DNA of 64,000 nucleotides, from positions 56,106-120,105 of the forward strand of contig CAZCCH010000001.1 of NCBI GenBank assembly GCA_964497315.1. The letters are read 5' to 3'. Shown piece by piece: positions 1-11,051 of the stretch. The DNA is from an uncultured Planctomycetia bacterium (lineage in GTDB: Bacteria; Omnitrophota; Gorgyraeia; Taenaricolales; CAZCCH01). A program made the translations under genes and the position numbers. Below the pieces are notes generated by a model. That model searched no databases. It was not told the DNA's origin and was given only the letters and a program-made list of their open reading frames with translations. Within the stretch, counting starts at the first letter, position 1. Each line of letters begins with the position of its first letter.

Positions 1-108
1 CACGGCAGCATCATCACCTATGCCTCTTAGGACCGAATTGCCTGTCTTGGTATGTCTGGCTATTTGCTCAATTAATGCAAACTCACCTAAATCTCTTATT
101 TTCTTCAT
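1..108 (-). CDS. thiL: Thiamine-monophosphate kinase, N-terminus only (runs off window)
   Basis: Manual translation from ATG at 108: MKKIRDLGEFALIEQI...VLRGIGDDAAV (GEF..I and GIGDDAA motifs); ATGA overlap with mtnA stop. Confidence 0.85.
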   Translation of the reverse strand, partial: MKKIRDLGEFALIEQIARHTKTGNSVLRGIGDDAAV

Positions 109-1136
109 TTAGAATTGTCTTTTGATAATTTATTTGGTTTAAATATTCCTTTTTCAGTGACAATTGCAGTTATTAGTTTAGCAGGTGTAACATCAAAGGC
201 AGGATTGTAAACCTTAACCTTTAAGGGCGCTGTTATTCTATTGCCCCAGCGTATTACCTCATTTCTACCTCGATGCTCTATTGGTATATCATTACCTGTT
301 TTTAAGCTAGTATCCATCGTAGAAGTAGGGGCTATTACATAAAAAGGTATTTTATGGTGATGAGCAAGACAGGCTAGGCTATAAGTGCCTATTTTATTAG
401 CGGCATCTCCATTTGCAGCAATTCTATCTGCCCCTACAAAAATTTTATTTACCATGCCTTGTTTCATAAGCAATGCTGCCATATTGTCGCATATAAGTGT
501 TACATCTATTTTTTCTCTCATGAGCTCCCATGTTGTAAGTCTTGCACCTTGCAGGAGAGGTCTTGTTTCATCAGCGTAAACTTTGAATTTTTTGCCTTGG
601 TGCTTCGCCTGATACATCACACCAAGTGCCGTTCCAAAATCTACAGTGGCCAAGGCCCCGGCATTACAATGGGTTAGAAGTGCGTCTCCATTTTTTATAA
701 GTCTTGCGCCATGCTTGGATAACCTTCTGCATAAATCTTTATCTTCTCGAAGTATTCTTTTTGCCTCTTCTAAGATTATTTCTTTAATCTCATTGACTGA
801 TTTTTGCTTATTTTTATTTGCTGTCTCCTCAATTCTTTTTAATGCCCAGAAAAGATTTACAGCTGTCGGCCTTGAGGTACTTAAATATCCTATTACCTTC
901 TTTAGTTGATGCTTAAATTGCTTCCAGTTTTTTGCCTTTGAATCTTTAATGCCAAGATACGCACCTAACGCACCTGCAGCACCTAAAGCAGGTGCACCCC
1001 TCACTTGCAAAGTCTTTATTGCTTTCCATAATTGTCTAATGTTTTTTAAGTTAATTATTGCAAACCTGCTTGGTAATTTTGTCTGGTCTATTATTCTAAC
1101 GTGAGAACTCTTCCATTCTATTGTTGAGATGGGCAT
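105..1136 (-). CDS. mtnA: Methylthioribose-1-phosphate isomerase
   Basis: VRGAPALG, SRPTAVNL, THCNAGALAT, ETRPLLQGARLT, NPAFDVTP motifs. Confidence 0.95.
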   Translation of the reverse strand: MPISTIEWKSSHVRIIDQTKLPSRFAIINLKNIRQLWKAIKTLQVRGAPALGAAGALGAYLGIKDSKAKNWKQFKHQLKKVIGYLSTSRPTAVNLFWALKRIEETANKNKQKSVNEIKEIILEEAKRILREDKDLCRRLSKHGARLIKNGDALLTHCNAGALATVDFGTALGVMYQAKHQGKKFKVYADETRPLLQGARLTTWELMREKIDVTLICDNMAALLMKQGMVNKIFVGADRIAANGDAANKIGTYSLACLAHHHKIPFYVIAPTSTMDTSLKTGNDIPIEHRGRNEVIRWGNRITAPLKVKVYNPAFDVTPAKLITAIVTEKGIFKPNKLSKDNSK

Positions 1137-2284
1137 TTTTTCATACTCCTAATTTTTCTTTTTATGCTCAATGCAAAATTTAAAAGCTTTTTTAATAATG
1201 ATTGTTTAAATTCTATAGCATTGCTAGGACATAATTCATGACAGCAGTAACAACATATGCACTTAGAATAATTTATCTTACATGATGAATCTGTTATGGT
1301 TATAGCATTTACTGGACAAGCTTTTGCGCAAGTCTGGCACCTCGTGCATTTTTGTTTGTTTACTTTGGGGTATAGCTTCATGGCTTTTCCAAAAAGCCAT
1401 AATAAAGACCCTGACAACTGAAGCATTACTGAAGGCTTAGGTAGGGAAAACCCAGGCATTTTTACACCTACTATCTCTTCCCCTAATACCTCAATATCTT
1501 CTGGGGTTGCTACACCCAATTTTCTCTCATGACCTATTTTTATTGTAGGCACACTAAATGGCGAAATATCTACAAGTTGTGCAAAAACAGAATCTAGCGC
1601 TATTGCATCTTTACTTGATAATATCAAACCTATACTCTTGAGCTTGCCTCCTGCTGGACCGTCGCCTTCCATACCCACAACCGCATCCATAATGGTTAGT
1701 TGTGGCTTAACATGTGAAAATATATCTACCAATTGAGAAGAAAAACTCACTGGATCTGAAAATTTAAGGTGTAAGCTTAATTTATGCCCACCAACAACTG
1801 CCCCAAACATATTTTTCACACCACCTGTTAAAACTGTAAGATTGTGGGTTTTCATCTTAGGGGCAGATATTATATAATCTACCTCTTTTAAGGCTTTGGC
1901 AATTGGGATCCCGTCTATCTGCACAACCTGGCTAAACCTTATAAGCTTAACATCCTCTTCCTTGCATAGTCTTTCTATGCCTGAGGCTTTATAAATCTCA
2001 TCTATATCCTTATCTGAAAAACACGAAGGGCTATCCCCTACTAGAATTTCTGCCTGTACTTCTTTTAAGATAGTAATTATCGCTCTGATAACCTCAGGAT
2101 GTGTAGTTACGCCCTCTTCTGGCCTCCTTGCTGAAAGGATATTTGGTTTTATTAAAACCCTCTGCCCAGGCGCTATAGAGTCAGATACACCACCTATTAA
2201 ATCAATAGATCTTCTTACAGCGGTTAAGATATTGGTTGGGTTATAGTCCTGGCATTTTATAATTGATACCTGCGTCTTCTTCAT
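1118..2284 (-). CDS. DUF362 family protein with C-terminal 2x[4Fe-4S] ferredoxin domain
   Basis: VLIKPN, TTHPEV, PKMKTH, GVKNMFG, GMEGDGP; CxxCxxCxxxCP twice at C-terminus. Confidence 0.85.
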   Translation of the reverse strand: MKKTQVSIIKCQDYNPTNILTAVRRSIDLIGGVSDSIAPGQRVLIKPNILSARRPEEGVTTHPEVIRAIITILKEVQAEILVGDSPSCFSDKDIDEIYKASGIERLCKEEDVKLIRFSQVVQIDGIPIAKALKEVDYIISAPKMKTHNLTVLTGGVKNMFGAVVGGHKLSLHLKFSDPVSFSSQLVDIFSHVKPQLTIMDAVVGMEGDGPAGGKLKSIGLILSSKDAIALDSVFAQLVDISPFSVPTIKIGHERKLGVATPEDIEVLGEEIVGVKMPGFSLPKPSVMLQLSGSLLWLFGKAMKLYPKVNKQKCTRCQTCAKACPVNAITITDSSCKINYSKCICCYCCHELCPSNAIEFKQSLLKKLLNFALSIKRKIRSMKKCPSQQ

Positions 2285-3366
2285 GCAATTGTCTTGAGTA
2301 GCTGTTTAAATATAAATATAAATGAAACCGTTAGACTGTTATGTAAAATATGTACAGTAAAAGAAGGAATTAGAGAACCTGTTTTCTCATATAAAAACCC
2401 GAGTAAAATACCCAGTACCAGAATAGGAAAAAATCCTACCACATCTGCATGCAACCATGCAAATAGCACTGCTACTACTAAAAGGGAGGCCTTAACCCCT
2501 AGCTTGCCCCTTATGGCTTTATAGGTAAATCCCCTAAAAAATATCTCCTCTGCCAGTGGGCCCATAATAGAAACAAACACAGTCATATAAAACAAGACCT
2601 TTGGGTTTGTTTGCCTTAAAAATAAACCTACTACAGGTTGAACCGGTGGTCTCCAGCCAATTAACTCAATCACCCAAACAACCCCAAACAGGACGATTGC
2701 CAAAATTGGCAAGATTGCAATATAGCCTAAGAATCCGATTAAAATATTCCTGCCCCAATCCTTTAAAGACAAACCTACCTCAGAGATTTTCTGGCCATAC
2801 TTTTTTATAACAAAACATACCACAAGTCCTATTATCAAAATATCCGAAAAGGAAGTATGAAAAAGCATTCTGATATCTTCGCTTAATGGCCTAACCCCAA
2901 ATATTTTTTTAAAAAATATTTCTCCTAAAGATAGCAAGTGACCAAAGAAAAACAAAGTTATAACTACCTTTGCAACATCTAAAAAATCCCACTTGGAAGT
3001 CTTGTGCTTGTGGGTAGGCTTAATAAGTTCTCTGCCTTTAGACCTTAAATAGACATAAACTATCAATAAAATTACACCACTGGCTAAGCCACACATAATT
3101 AGAATACTAAGAAAACTTACAATCGCACCAAGGGCTGGACGCTGTTCTAAAAAGCGCTTTACCTCATCAGGAGAAGAAAATTTTTCCTTAAGTTTGTCCT
3201 GTAAGGCTGTTAATTCCTTTGTTGCCTCAACCTCTGGCGTTGCAGCAATCGAAGTTACCTTTTCTAGTTTATGAGATAATCCTGCTATGAGATTGCAAAT
3301 TATCATAAATGCAATCATCAGAAGGTATATCTTTTCTTTTTTGATAAAATCCTTTACTTTTAGCAT
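2281..3366 (-). CDS. CPBP (CAAX/Abi) family intramembrane glutamic endopeptidase
   Basis: Multiple TM helices; EEIFFRG, FAWLH, HILHN motifs; ATG at 3366 preferred over the 3408 start, which overlaps iscS. Confidence 0.85.
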   Translation of the reverse strand: MLKVKDFIKKEKIYLLMIAFMIICNLIAGLSHKLEKVTSIAATPEVEATKELTALQDKLKEKFSSPDEVKRFLEQRPALGAIVSFLSILIMCGLASGVILLIVYVYLRSKGRELIKPTHKHKTSKWDFLDVAKVVITLFFFGHLLSLGEIFFKKIFGVRPLSEDIRMLFHTSFSDILIIGLVVCFVIKKYGQKISEVGLSLKDWGRNILIGFLGYIAILPILAIVLFGVVWVIELIGWRPPVQPVVGLFLRQTNPKVLFYMTVFVSIMGPLAEEIFFRGFTYKAIRGKLGVKASLLVVAVLFAWLHADVVGFFPILVLGILLGFLYEKTGSLIPSFTVHILHNSLTVSFIFIFKQLLKTIA

Positions 3367-3373
3367 TTGAAAT

Positions 3374-4531
3374 TTAGGTAAGGGGGGACATCTTGCGCAA
3401 TTTCTCAATGATTTCTGGAAGAACGCTAGCGCAATGATCTATTTCTCTTTGTGTATTTTTACTCCCTAGTGAAAATCTTATTGAGCCCTGTGCGATATCA
3501 ACAGGTATTCCCATCGCAGTCAATACATGAGATGGCTCCAATGTTCCTGAAGTGCAGGCAGAACCTGTAGAAACACAAATGCCTTTTAAGTCTAAATTCA
3601 ACATTATAGACTCACCCTCTATAAACCTGAAGCTTAAATTTAAGGTATTTGACAATCTTTGAGTAGGGTGTCCGTTTAAATATACTTCGGTTATTTTCTC
3701 AGTAATTTGTTTATGAAGGCTATCTCTTAAACTTGTAAGGTATTTAGTTTGTTTATCAATATTTTTCCTTGCTAGACTAACTGCCTTTCCAAAACCTGCA
3801 ATGCCACCAACATTTTCAGTTCCAGCCCTTAGCCTTCTTTCATGATGACCGCCATGCATTAAAGGAATTATCTTAACACCTTTTTTTACAAAAAGAGCAC
3901 CTACGCCCTTTGGGCCATAAATTTTATGCGCTGAAACGGAAAGTAAATCTATACCTAAATCTCCTACATTAATAGGAAGCTTTCCAAAGGCCTGGACGGC
4001 ATCTGTATGAAACAAAACTCTCTCCTGTCTTGCAATCTTAGCTAGTTCCTTTATGGGTTCAACTGTCCCAACTTCATTATTGGCATACATAATAGTAACC
4101 AAGCAGGTCTCTTTCTTTATAGCCTCTTTAAGTTGTGCTGGGTCTATAAGACCATATTTATCAACAGGTAAATATGCAACCTCAAAACCTTCTTTTTCTA
4201 GCTGCTTACAAGCAGTCAACACTGCCGCATGTTCAATGGAACTTGTTATAATATGTCTCTTTTTATCTTTATTTGCCCAGGCAACGCCTTTTACTGCCAT
4301 GTTATCGGCCTCTGTCCCGCCGGATGTAAATAAAATATCCTCTGGTTCTGTCTGTAAGAAATCTCCTATTTCCTGACGGGCTTCATCAACTGCCTCTCTT
4401 GCCTGCCTTCCCTTTACGTGCAAACTTGATGCATTGCCATAGACATCTTTATAGAATGGCTCCATCACCTTAAATACCTCAAGGTGCGCGCTTGTTGTAG
4501 CATTGTGGTCAAAATATATTGGTTCTTTCAT
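3374..4531 (-). CDS. iscS: Cysteine desulfurase (IscS/NifS family)
   Basis: YFDHNATT, FTSGGTE, HTDAVQ, SAHKIYGPKG, STGSACTSG. Confidence 0.93.
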   Translation of the reverse strand: MKEPIYFDHNATTSAHLEVFKVMEPFYKDVYGNASSLHVKGRQAREAVDEARQEIGDFLQTEPEDILFTSGGTEADNMAVKGVAWANKDKKRHIITSSIEHAAVLTACKQLEKEGFEVAYLPVDKYGLIDPAQLKEAIKKETCLVTIMYANNEVGTVEPIKELAKIARQERVLFHTDAVQAFGKLPINVGDLGIDLLSVSAHKIYGPKGVGALFVKKGVKIIPLMHGGHHERRLRAGTENVGGIAGFGKAVSLARKNIDKQTKYLTSLRDSLHKQITEKITEVYLNGHPTQRLSNTLNLSFRFIEGESIMLNLDLKGICVSTGSACTSGTLEPSHVLTAMGIPVDIAQGSIRFSLGSKNTQREIDHCASVLPEIIEKLRKMSPLT

Positions 4532-4533
4532 AA

Positions 4534-6060
4534 TTATCTCCTAGGAAACAAAGGGGTTCCTTTACTTATCTTTGTACCTGGTTTTGTCAGACCCCATTTA
4601 AGTTCTGAAAACCCCTGCTTGGAAATCTCCGTAGATTGACCTATCTGCTTCCACATCTTGCCTGCCGCATCTGGTATTATAGGCCAAAGCCCAATACTGG
4701 CAAGTCTTAATACTTCAGCAAGATAATAAAGCATTGTAGAAATCCTATCTAACTCTTTATTCTTCCATAGCTTCCATGGGGCAGTTTCTTCAATATATTT
4801 ATTGGCTGAATTCACAACTTCTAAAATAGACACCAAGGCAGATTGAAAATCTAAATTTGCCATAGCGCTATCTATTTTCTTTGCTAGGCCTTCGGCCTTT
4901 TTCTTTAAAGCATCATCTAAGGAGGTAGTTTTTTTAACAGCTGGAATCTTAGCTTGAGTATATTTTTCAATCATTGTAAGCGTACGGTTTAGGAGATTGC
5001 CTATATCGTTTGCCAAATCACTATTCAGTCTTATAACAATCGCCTCTTTAGAATAAACACCATCCTGTCCGAATTTTACCTCACTTAATAAAAAGTACCT
5101 ATATACATCGGCTCCATATTCGGCTATCATCTCAAAAGGATCTATGACCTTTCCTTTTGACTTTGAAATCTTTTCCCCTCCTAACGTCCACCACCCATGG
5201 GCAAAGATTGTTTTCGGTGGCTCCAGGCCTAATGCATGCAGCATAATGGGCCAATATACAGCATGAGGTCTTAAAATGTCTTTGCCTATTAAGTGGTAAT
5301 CACACGGCCAGAATTTTTTAAATTTTTTCTTATCTGAAAGCCAACCGCATCCTGAAATATAATTAAGCAAAGCATCAAACCATACGTATACAACGTGTTC
5401 TTTGCTAAAAGGGGCCTCAATACCCCAATTTATCCTAGATTTTGGTCTTGTGATACAAAGATCGGATAAAGGATTTTCTAAAAAACTTGTAACTTCATTT
5501 TTTCTATAAGACGGTCTTATAAAATCAGGGTGTTTTTCTATATAATTCTTAAGCCAGTCTTGATATTTGGACATTTTGAAAAAGTAGTTTTTTTCTGAGA
5601 TCTCCTCCAGAGGCCTTTTGCATTCTGGGCATGAGTTTCCTTCAAGCTGCATCTTGGGCCAAAATGTCTCACAAGGCACACAATACCATCCTTTATATTC
5701 ATCTAAATAAAGATCACCTTTTTCCTCAAGTAGCATCAATGCCTCTTGGACAGCTTTAACATGGTCTTCATCGGTAGTTCGGATAAAGTAGTCATACTCA
5801 ACGGAGAGTTCTTTCCATAAATCCGTAAACCTTTTAACTACCTTATCTGCAAAGTCTTTTGGCTGAAGGCCGCCTTCGTTGGCAGCCTGGGCTATTTTTT
5901 GCCCATGTTCATCTGTGCCAGTCATAAAGTAAACTTCTTTACCTTTTAGCTTCATATATCTAGATAGGCAATCGGCTGCTACCTCAGTATAAGAATGCCC
6001 AATATGGGGTGCGGCATTTACATAATATAACGGAGTTGTAACATAAAAAGCCTTACTCAA
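4534..6060 (-). CDS. metG: Methionine--tRNA ligase (short form)
   Basis: YYVNAAPHIGH (HIGH), TGTDEHG, YVWFDAL, KISKS. Confidence 0.97.
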   Translation of the reverse strand: MSKAFYVTTPLYYVNAAPHIGHSYTEVAADCLSRYMKLKGKEVYFMTGTDEHGQKIAQAANEGGLQPKDFADKVVKRFTDLWKELSVEYDYFIRTTDEDHVKAVQEALMLLEEKGDLYLDEYKGWYCVPCETFWPKMQLEGNSCPECKRPLEEISEKNYFFKMSKYQDWLKNYIEKHPDFIRPSYRKNEVTSFLENPLSDLCITRPKSRINWGIEAPFSKEHVVYVWFDALLNYISGCGWLSDKKKFKKFWPCDYHLIGKDILRPHAVYWPIMLHALGLEPPKTIFAHGWWTLGGEKISKSKGKVIDPFEMIAEYGADVYRYFLLSEVKFGQDGVYSKEAIVIRLNSDLANDIGNLLNRTLTMIEKYTQAKIPAVKKTTSLDDALKKKAEGLAKKIDSAMANLDFQSALVSILEVVNSANKYIEETAPWKLWKNKELDRISTMLYYLAEVLRLASIGLWPIIPDAAGKMWKQIGQSTEISKQGFSELKWGLTKPGTKISKGTPLFPRR

Positions 6061-6836
6061 TATTTCACCTCAATTTGCCTTCCTTCTCCAATGTCCACCA
6101 AACAAGCACGTTTTAATATATTTACATCAATGACTTTTCCTGTGCCTTGTTTTGTTCTAATGGTTTGACCCTGCTTAGGCAATCCCTTGGAAAGCCTTTT
6201 ATACAAACATGATTCAAAAGATAAGCAGCACATAAGCCTACCACAAAGCCCGGATATCTTAACAGGGTTCAATGATAAATTCTGATCTTTGGCCATCCTT
6301 ATTGTAACGGGTTCAAAGTCTTTTAAAAATTTTGCGCAGCATAAACCTCGTCCACACGGACCAAATCCTCCAAGCAACCTTGCTTCATCTCTAACGCCTA
6401 TCTGCTTCAATTCTATCCTTGCCTTAAAATAACTGGCCAAATCCTTTACTAAATCCCTGAAATCCACCCTGCCCTCTGCTGTAAAATAAAAAATCAGTTT
6501 TGATCTATCGAAGGAATACTCGGCACATATTAATTTCATGGACAGTTTTCTTTCCTGAATCTTTCTGTCGCACACATTGATAACATCCCGTATGCGGCCT
6601 TTATTCTTCTGTATTTGCTCTGAGTCTTGTTCTGTCGCAACCCTTACTATCTTACGCACAGGTCCTTCTCTACTTTTATCAACTGCCGGTTCAGGCATTG
6701 TTAAAACCTGACCATACTCAAGACCCCTTTCTACCTCAACAATGCAATAATCTCCAGGTTTTACTTTAATTGCCTGTGTATCATAATAAGAGATCTTGCC
6801 TGCCTCTCTAAGTCTTACTTGAGCTAGGGTCTGCAT
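6057..6836 (-). CDS. ricT: PSP1-domain protein (RicT/YaaT)
   Basis: RVDFRDLVKDL, QIGVRDEAR, GPCGRGLCC, SGLCGRLMCC; holB-ricT-metG synteny. Confidence 0.88.
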   Translation of the reverse strand: MQTLAQVRLREAGKISYYDTQAIKVKPGDYCIVEVERGLEYGQVLTMPEPAVDKSREGPVRKIVRVATEQDSEQIQKNKGRIRDVINVCDRKIQERKLSMKLICAEYSFDRSKLIFYFTAEGRVDFRDLVKDLASYFKARIELKQIGVRDEARLLGGFGPCGRGLCCAKFLKDFEPVTIRMAKDQNLSLNPVKISGLCGRLMCCLSFESCLYKRLSKGLPKQGQTIRTKQGTGKVIDVNILKRACLVDIGEGRQIEVKY

Positions 6837-6840
6837 CTAT

Positions 6841-7836
6841 TTATTTCCTCTGTGTGGGTTTTGAAATCTCTGCTACCAAATTGGTTAAGGCAAGTTTCGG
6901 GTTTGCATTTTTTGTAATAAGTTGCTGTACGTTTAAAATACAATTGATGGTACTCGTTAAAGATTCATATGAATGCTCCTTGGACAACCCATCTATTCGT
7001 TTAGTCTTGTCGATATTTGCTAGGGCAGCAGGGTTTTTAGTTTGTTTATAAATTAATATGTCCCTGTACCACCACAATAACGCAACAAGTGCTAGTTGAA
7101 GCTTTTGTTTTGATTCATTATAAAGCATTGAGTCTTTTTTTAAATCTCGCAAGCTAGATTCAAATTCATCAATCACGTCGTTTTTATACTGCAGGCAATC
7201 TCCCTGTTGTGTGAATTCATTTGTAAAACCAGATTCTGAAATCCTGCTTAAATAGCTAGCCTCATCTTTATTTAAATCAAAACTCCTAATTAAAATTTCC
7301 TGTCTGTCTTTAAGCTTAAGGGGAGAAAATTTTACTATTTGGCACCTTGAAACTATAGTATCTAGCAATCGATGGATATTATTCGTAGTCAAAATCAAAA
7401 TACTACCTTTGGGTGGTTCTTCTAATGTTTTCAGTAAAGCATTAGATGCCTGCTCTGTCATAAAATCAGCATCTAGCACAATGTAGAATTTCCACTTGGC
7501 CTCATAAGGTTTAAAGAAAAGTGCATCTTGGAGTTGACGTATGTCTTCAATTTTTATACTACCTCGCGCACCCTCTGGCTTAAGCCATCCTATATCTGGA
7601 TGGTTAAAATTCTCTATTTTTTTGCAACTTGGGCATTTATCACAACAATCTATAAATTCGGTATTTTCCTTAACATCTTGACAATTTAAAACCTTAGCGA
7701 AATTTTTTGCAAAAAGCCTTTTACCTATTGCATCAGGTCCTGTAAAAAGATATGCATGGCTAAGCCTGTCTGACTTTATTTGTTGTTGCAATATCTTTAT
7801 TGGTCTTTCCTGGCTAACTATCCCGCTAAAGGACAT
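6841..7836 (-). CDS. holB: DNA polymerase III subunit delta'
   Basis: HAYLFTGP, Zn motif CDKCPSC, NHPD, NALLKTLEEPP, TIVSRC. Confidence 0.93.
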   Translation of the reverse strand: MSFSGIVSQERPIKILQQQIKSDRLSHAYLFTGPDAIGKRLFAKNFAKVLNCQDVKENTEFIDCCDKCPSCKKIENFNHPDIGWLKPEGARGSIKIEDIRQLQDALFFKPYEAKWKFYIVLDADFMTEQASNALLKTLEEPPKGSILILTTNNIHRLLDTIVSRCQIVKFSPLKLKDRQEILIRSFDLNKDEASYLSRISESGFTNEFTQQGDCLQYKNDVIDEFESSLRDLKKDSMLYNESKQKLQLALVALLWWYRDILIYKQTKNPAALANIDKTKRIDGLSKEHSYESLTSTINCILNVQQLITKNANPKLALTNLVAEISKPTQRK

Positions 7837-8452
7837 TTGATATATATTTCCTTATAAGTTTTTGAGTTTCTAAAATAGCGCCCTTTGTTGATATAACTCT
7901 AACCCTGCGTGTGTGTTGTTTTGCAATCTTTAGATAACCCCTTCTTAGTCGACGATGGAATGCAATTGCCTTTTTTTCAATTCTGTCCTTGGCACAAGCA
8001 CGCCTTAGACCCTCTTTTGTCTCAATGTCTAAAAGTATGGTAAGGTCTGGCTTTAAACCACTGGTTGTGAAATCCCCTAATCTTTTTAAAAGCCCAAGGT
8101 CTAATCCATTGCCATAGCCCTGGTAGGCAACAGTCGCATCATGGAAACGATCACATATAACAATCTTTCCTTTTTTTAAAGCAGGTAATATTTTTTCTTT
8201 TACTATCTGTGCCCTACTGGCTAAATACAAAAGCGCCTCACAGATATCCGTCATTTCTTTTAATTTTGGATCCAGTAGAATCTTTCTAATCTTCTCGCTT
8301 ATCTTCGTACCACCGGGTTCTCTTGTATGCAACACACTAAAACCCTTTCTCCTTAGGTATGAAACCAACATCTTAGCCTGGGTAGACTTGCCACTACCTT
8401 CAGGCCCTTCAAAGGTTATGAATTTGCCTTTTTTTAGACCTTTCTTCGCCAT
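7826..8452 (-). CDS. tmk: Thymidylate kinase
   Basis: FITFEGPEGSGKST, TREPGGT, DRF, AYQGYG. Confidence 0.96.
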   Translation of the reverse strand: MAKKGLKKGKFITFEGPEGSGKSTQAKMLVSYLRRKGFSVLHTREPGGTKISEKIRKILLDPKLKEMTDICEALLYLASRAQIVKEKILPALKKGKIVICDRFHDATVAYQGYGNGLDLGLLKRLGDFTTSGLKPDLTILLDIETKEGLRRACAKDRIEKKAIAFHRRLRRGYLKIAKQHTRRVRVISTKGAILETQKLIRKYISNVL

Positions 8453-9885
8453 GTTGTCCTCTCTTTAGTATCTTCTAAAATAATACCTTCCTCTTCTAAT
8501 TCTCGTCGTATTCTGTCAGCATTTTTAAAATCTTTCTGCTTTCTGAAATTCTCTCTTGCATCAACTAATAACTTAATTTCTTCATCTGGCTTTGATAATG
8601 GCGTTTCTTTAAAAGATAAGCCAAAAATATCCCCAAATTCCCTGATGGTTTTACTAGCGTATTTTAATGCTGGTAGATATTCTTTTGAGTAGGCTCCATA
8701 TAAAACAGTATTGCCCACGCGTACTATCTCAAAGAAAACTGCTATTGCCTGGGGTGTATTAAAATCATCGTCCATGCTTTTTATAAAATGTTCGCGATAT
8801 TCTTCAAGTCTTTTTCTTAATTCTTCAGGTGAAAATCTTTTATTATTTCTATACTCGGCAGGTAACTTTCCTTCTTCTCTTTGTCTAGTAAATTTTAAGA
8901 AGCGTATTATGCCGTATAGCGCTTCCTCTTTTTCCTTAATTATATCCCACGTAAAATCTATAGATTGCGAATAATGTGCGCTCAAAAAGAAAAGCTTGAG
9001 TGCATCATAATTATTATTATATTTCTTTCCGAAATCCTTTATCGTAACAAAATTCCCTAAAGACTTTGCCATCTTTTCGTTATTTATTGTCAAAAGGCCA
9101 TTGTGTATCCAATATCTAGCGAATTTATTTCCCGCTCCTTCAGATTGCGCTATTTCGTTTTCATGGTGCGGAAACACCAGGTCTATCCCGCCACCATGTA
9201 TGTCAAATTCAGGGCCTAAAATATCAGAGCTCATAACAGAACATTCTATGTGCCAACCTGGACGACCTCTACCCCATGGGCTCGGCCATGAGGGTTCGCT
9301 TTCCTTAGCCTTCTTCCATAAAGCAAAATCTAAGGGGTCTTTTTTATTTTCACCAGCTAAAACCCTCGCACCTGCCTCCATGTTATCAATAGATTGATTT
9401 GATAGCTTTCCATAACCAGAGGCCTTTCTTATGTCAAAATAAACATCTTCTCCTGCTGCATAGGCAACACCCTTGTTTATCAAAAGTTTTATGAACGTTT
9501 GCATCTTTTTGATGTAGCGAGTTGCCTTTGGTTCTTTGGTAGGAGATTTTATCCCCAATGCTTGCATATCATCGTGATATACACCGAGATACTTCGCCGA
9601 TATTTCTTTGACCGCTGCGTTTAAATCTTTGCCTGCAGTTTCCTGCCTTGCCTTATCAATAATTTTATCGTCGACATCGGTTACGTTTCTGACGAAATTC
9701 ACTTTAAACCCACGGTACTCCAAATACCGGCGTATAACATCAAATACATACGCACTCCTTGCATGGCCTATGTGCGGCACATCATACACTGTTGGCCCAC
9801 ATACATATATACCAACACGTCTTTTTTTTAAGGGTGTGAAATCTTGTTTTTTTCTAGTTAAGGTATTTGTGATTCGGATGGTCAT
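8434..9885 (-). CDS. cysS: Cysteine--tRNA ligase
   Basis: YVCGPTVY, HIGHAR, GRPGWHIECS, FPHHENE, KMAKS. Confidence 0.97.
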   Translation of the reverse strand: MTIRITNTLTRKKQDFTPLKKRRVGIYVCGPTVYDVPHIGHARSAYVFDVIRRYLEYRGFKVNFVRNVTDVDDKIIDKARQETAGKDLNAAVKEISAKYLGVYHDDMQALGIKSPTKEPKATRYIKKMQTFIKLLINKGVAYAAGEDVYFDIRKASGYGKLSNQSIDNMEAGARVLAGENKKDPLDFALWKKAKESEPSWPSPWGRGRPGWHIECSVMSSDILGPEFDIHGGGIDLVFPHHENEIAQSEGAGNKFARYWIHNGLLTINNEKMAKSLGNFVTIKDFGKKYNNNYDALKLFFLSAHYSQSIDFTWDIIKEKEEALYGIIRFLKFTRQREEGKLPAEYRNNKRFSPEELRKRLEEYREHFIKSMDDDFNTPQAIAVFFEIVRVGNTVLYGAYSKEYLPALKYASKTIREFGDIFGLSFKETPLSKPDEEIKLLVDARENFRKQKDFKNADRIRRELEEEGIILEDTKERTTWRRKV

Positions 9886-10554
9886 TTAGGATTTCTCTAA
9901 TCTGTCAATTCTCGCCTTCAGTTGCTCAACGTCCTGTAAGATTGGATCAAACACATGTATGTGATCTAGGGTAGTGTCTATCTTTTTGCCGTCTTGCTTT
10001 GTAATGCGTCCTGGAACACCTACTACTGTGGAGTTTGGCGGGATATCCTTGAGCACTACTGCATTTGCACCTATATAAGAATTGTCACCTATTGTTATGT
10101 CGCCAAGTATCTTAGCCCCCGTACCTGCAACTATATTATTCCCCAAAGTGGGATGTCTTTTGCCTCTTTCTTTTCCAGTACCTCCAAGGGTTACCCCTTG
10201 ATAAAGAGTCACATTATCCCCAATGATTGCTGTCTCGCCAATAACTACACCCATACCATGGTCTATAAATAAACTCTTTCCTATTTTAGCCGCCGGATGT
10301 ATCTCAATGCCTGTAATGAACCGTCCGATTTGAGAAATAAGTCTTGGCAGGAAGGGTATTTTTATCTTAAGGAACACATGTGCAATTCTATGGAAAATCA
10401 AGGCATGTAACCCAGAGTAAGTCAAAACCACTTCTAAGAAATTCACAGCAGCAGGATCACGCTCAAAACAACCCTTTATTTCATGCTTGAACGCTATGCT
10501 AACCCAAATAATACCAAGAATAAAAACTCCTAAAATAACTAAAAGGTAACTCAT
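9886..10554 (-). CDS. cysE: Serine O-acetyltransferase (hydrophobic N-terminal extension)
   Basis: [35 protein letters not shown]. Confidence 0.93.
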   Translation of the reverse strand: MSYLLVILGVFILGIIWVSIAFKHEIKGCFERDPAAVNFLEVVLTYSGLHALIFHRIAHVFLKIKIPFLPRLISQIGRFITGIEIHPAAKIGKSLFIDHGMGVVIGETAIIGDNVTLYQGVTLGGTGKERGKRHPTLGNNIVAGTGAKILGDITIGDNSYIGANAVVLKDIPPNSTVVGVPGRITKQDGKKIDTTLDHIHVFDPILQDVEQLKARIDRLEKS

Positions 10555-10574
10555 TTTTTAACTCCTTGTATTTA

Positions 10575-11051
10575 TTATTTTTTCTTAGTAAGCACTGCGG
10601 TTGCATATGCAGCTACGGCTTCACCCTTACCTATATCCCCAACGCCTTCGTTAGTTGTAGCCTTAACATTTACAGAAGAATTTGCAATGCTTAAGGTACG
10701 CGCTATGATTATCCTCATCCTATCTTTAAATGGTTCAATCTTTGGTTCTTCCATTATTAATACGGCATCTATGTTATTAATGCGAAATCCTTCCTTTTCT
10801 ATCAGCTTTAAAACGGTTTTTAGCAATTCCACACTGCTTTTATCTTTAAATGCAGGGTCGGTATTTGGAAAATGCTGGCCAATATCACCCAGGGCTGCTG
10901 CACCTAATATCGCATCACATATTGCATGTAAAAGGACATCAGCGTCAGAATGACCTTCTGGACCTCTTATAGAAGGTATCTCTACTCCACCTAAAATTAG
11001 CTTTCTGCCTTCTGCTAGCCTATGTATGTCATATCCTATACCTACTCGCAT
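10575..11051 (-). CDS. ispF: 2-C-methyl-D-erythritol 2,4-cyclodiphosphate synthase
   Basis: GIGYDIH, GHSDADVLLHA, DIGQHFP, KATTNE. Confidence 0.96.
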   Translation of the reverse strand: MRVGIGYDIHRLAEGRKLILGGVEIPSIRGPEGHSDADVLLHAICDAILGAAALGDIGQHFPNTDPAFKDKSSVELLKTVLKLIEKEGFRINNIDAVLIMEEPKIEPFKDRMRIIIARTLSIANSSVNVKATTNEGVGDIGKGEAVAAYATAVLTKKK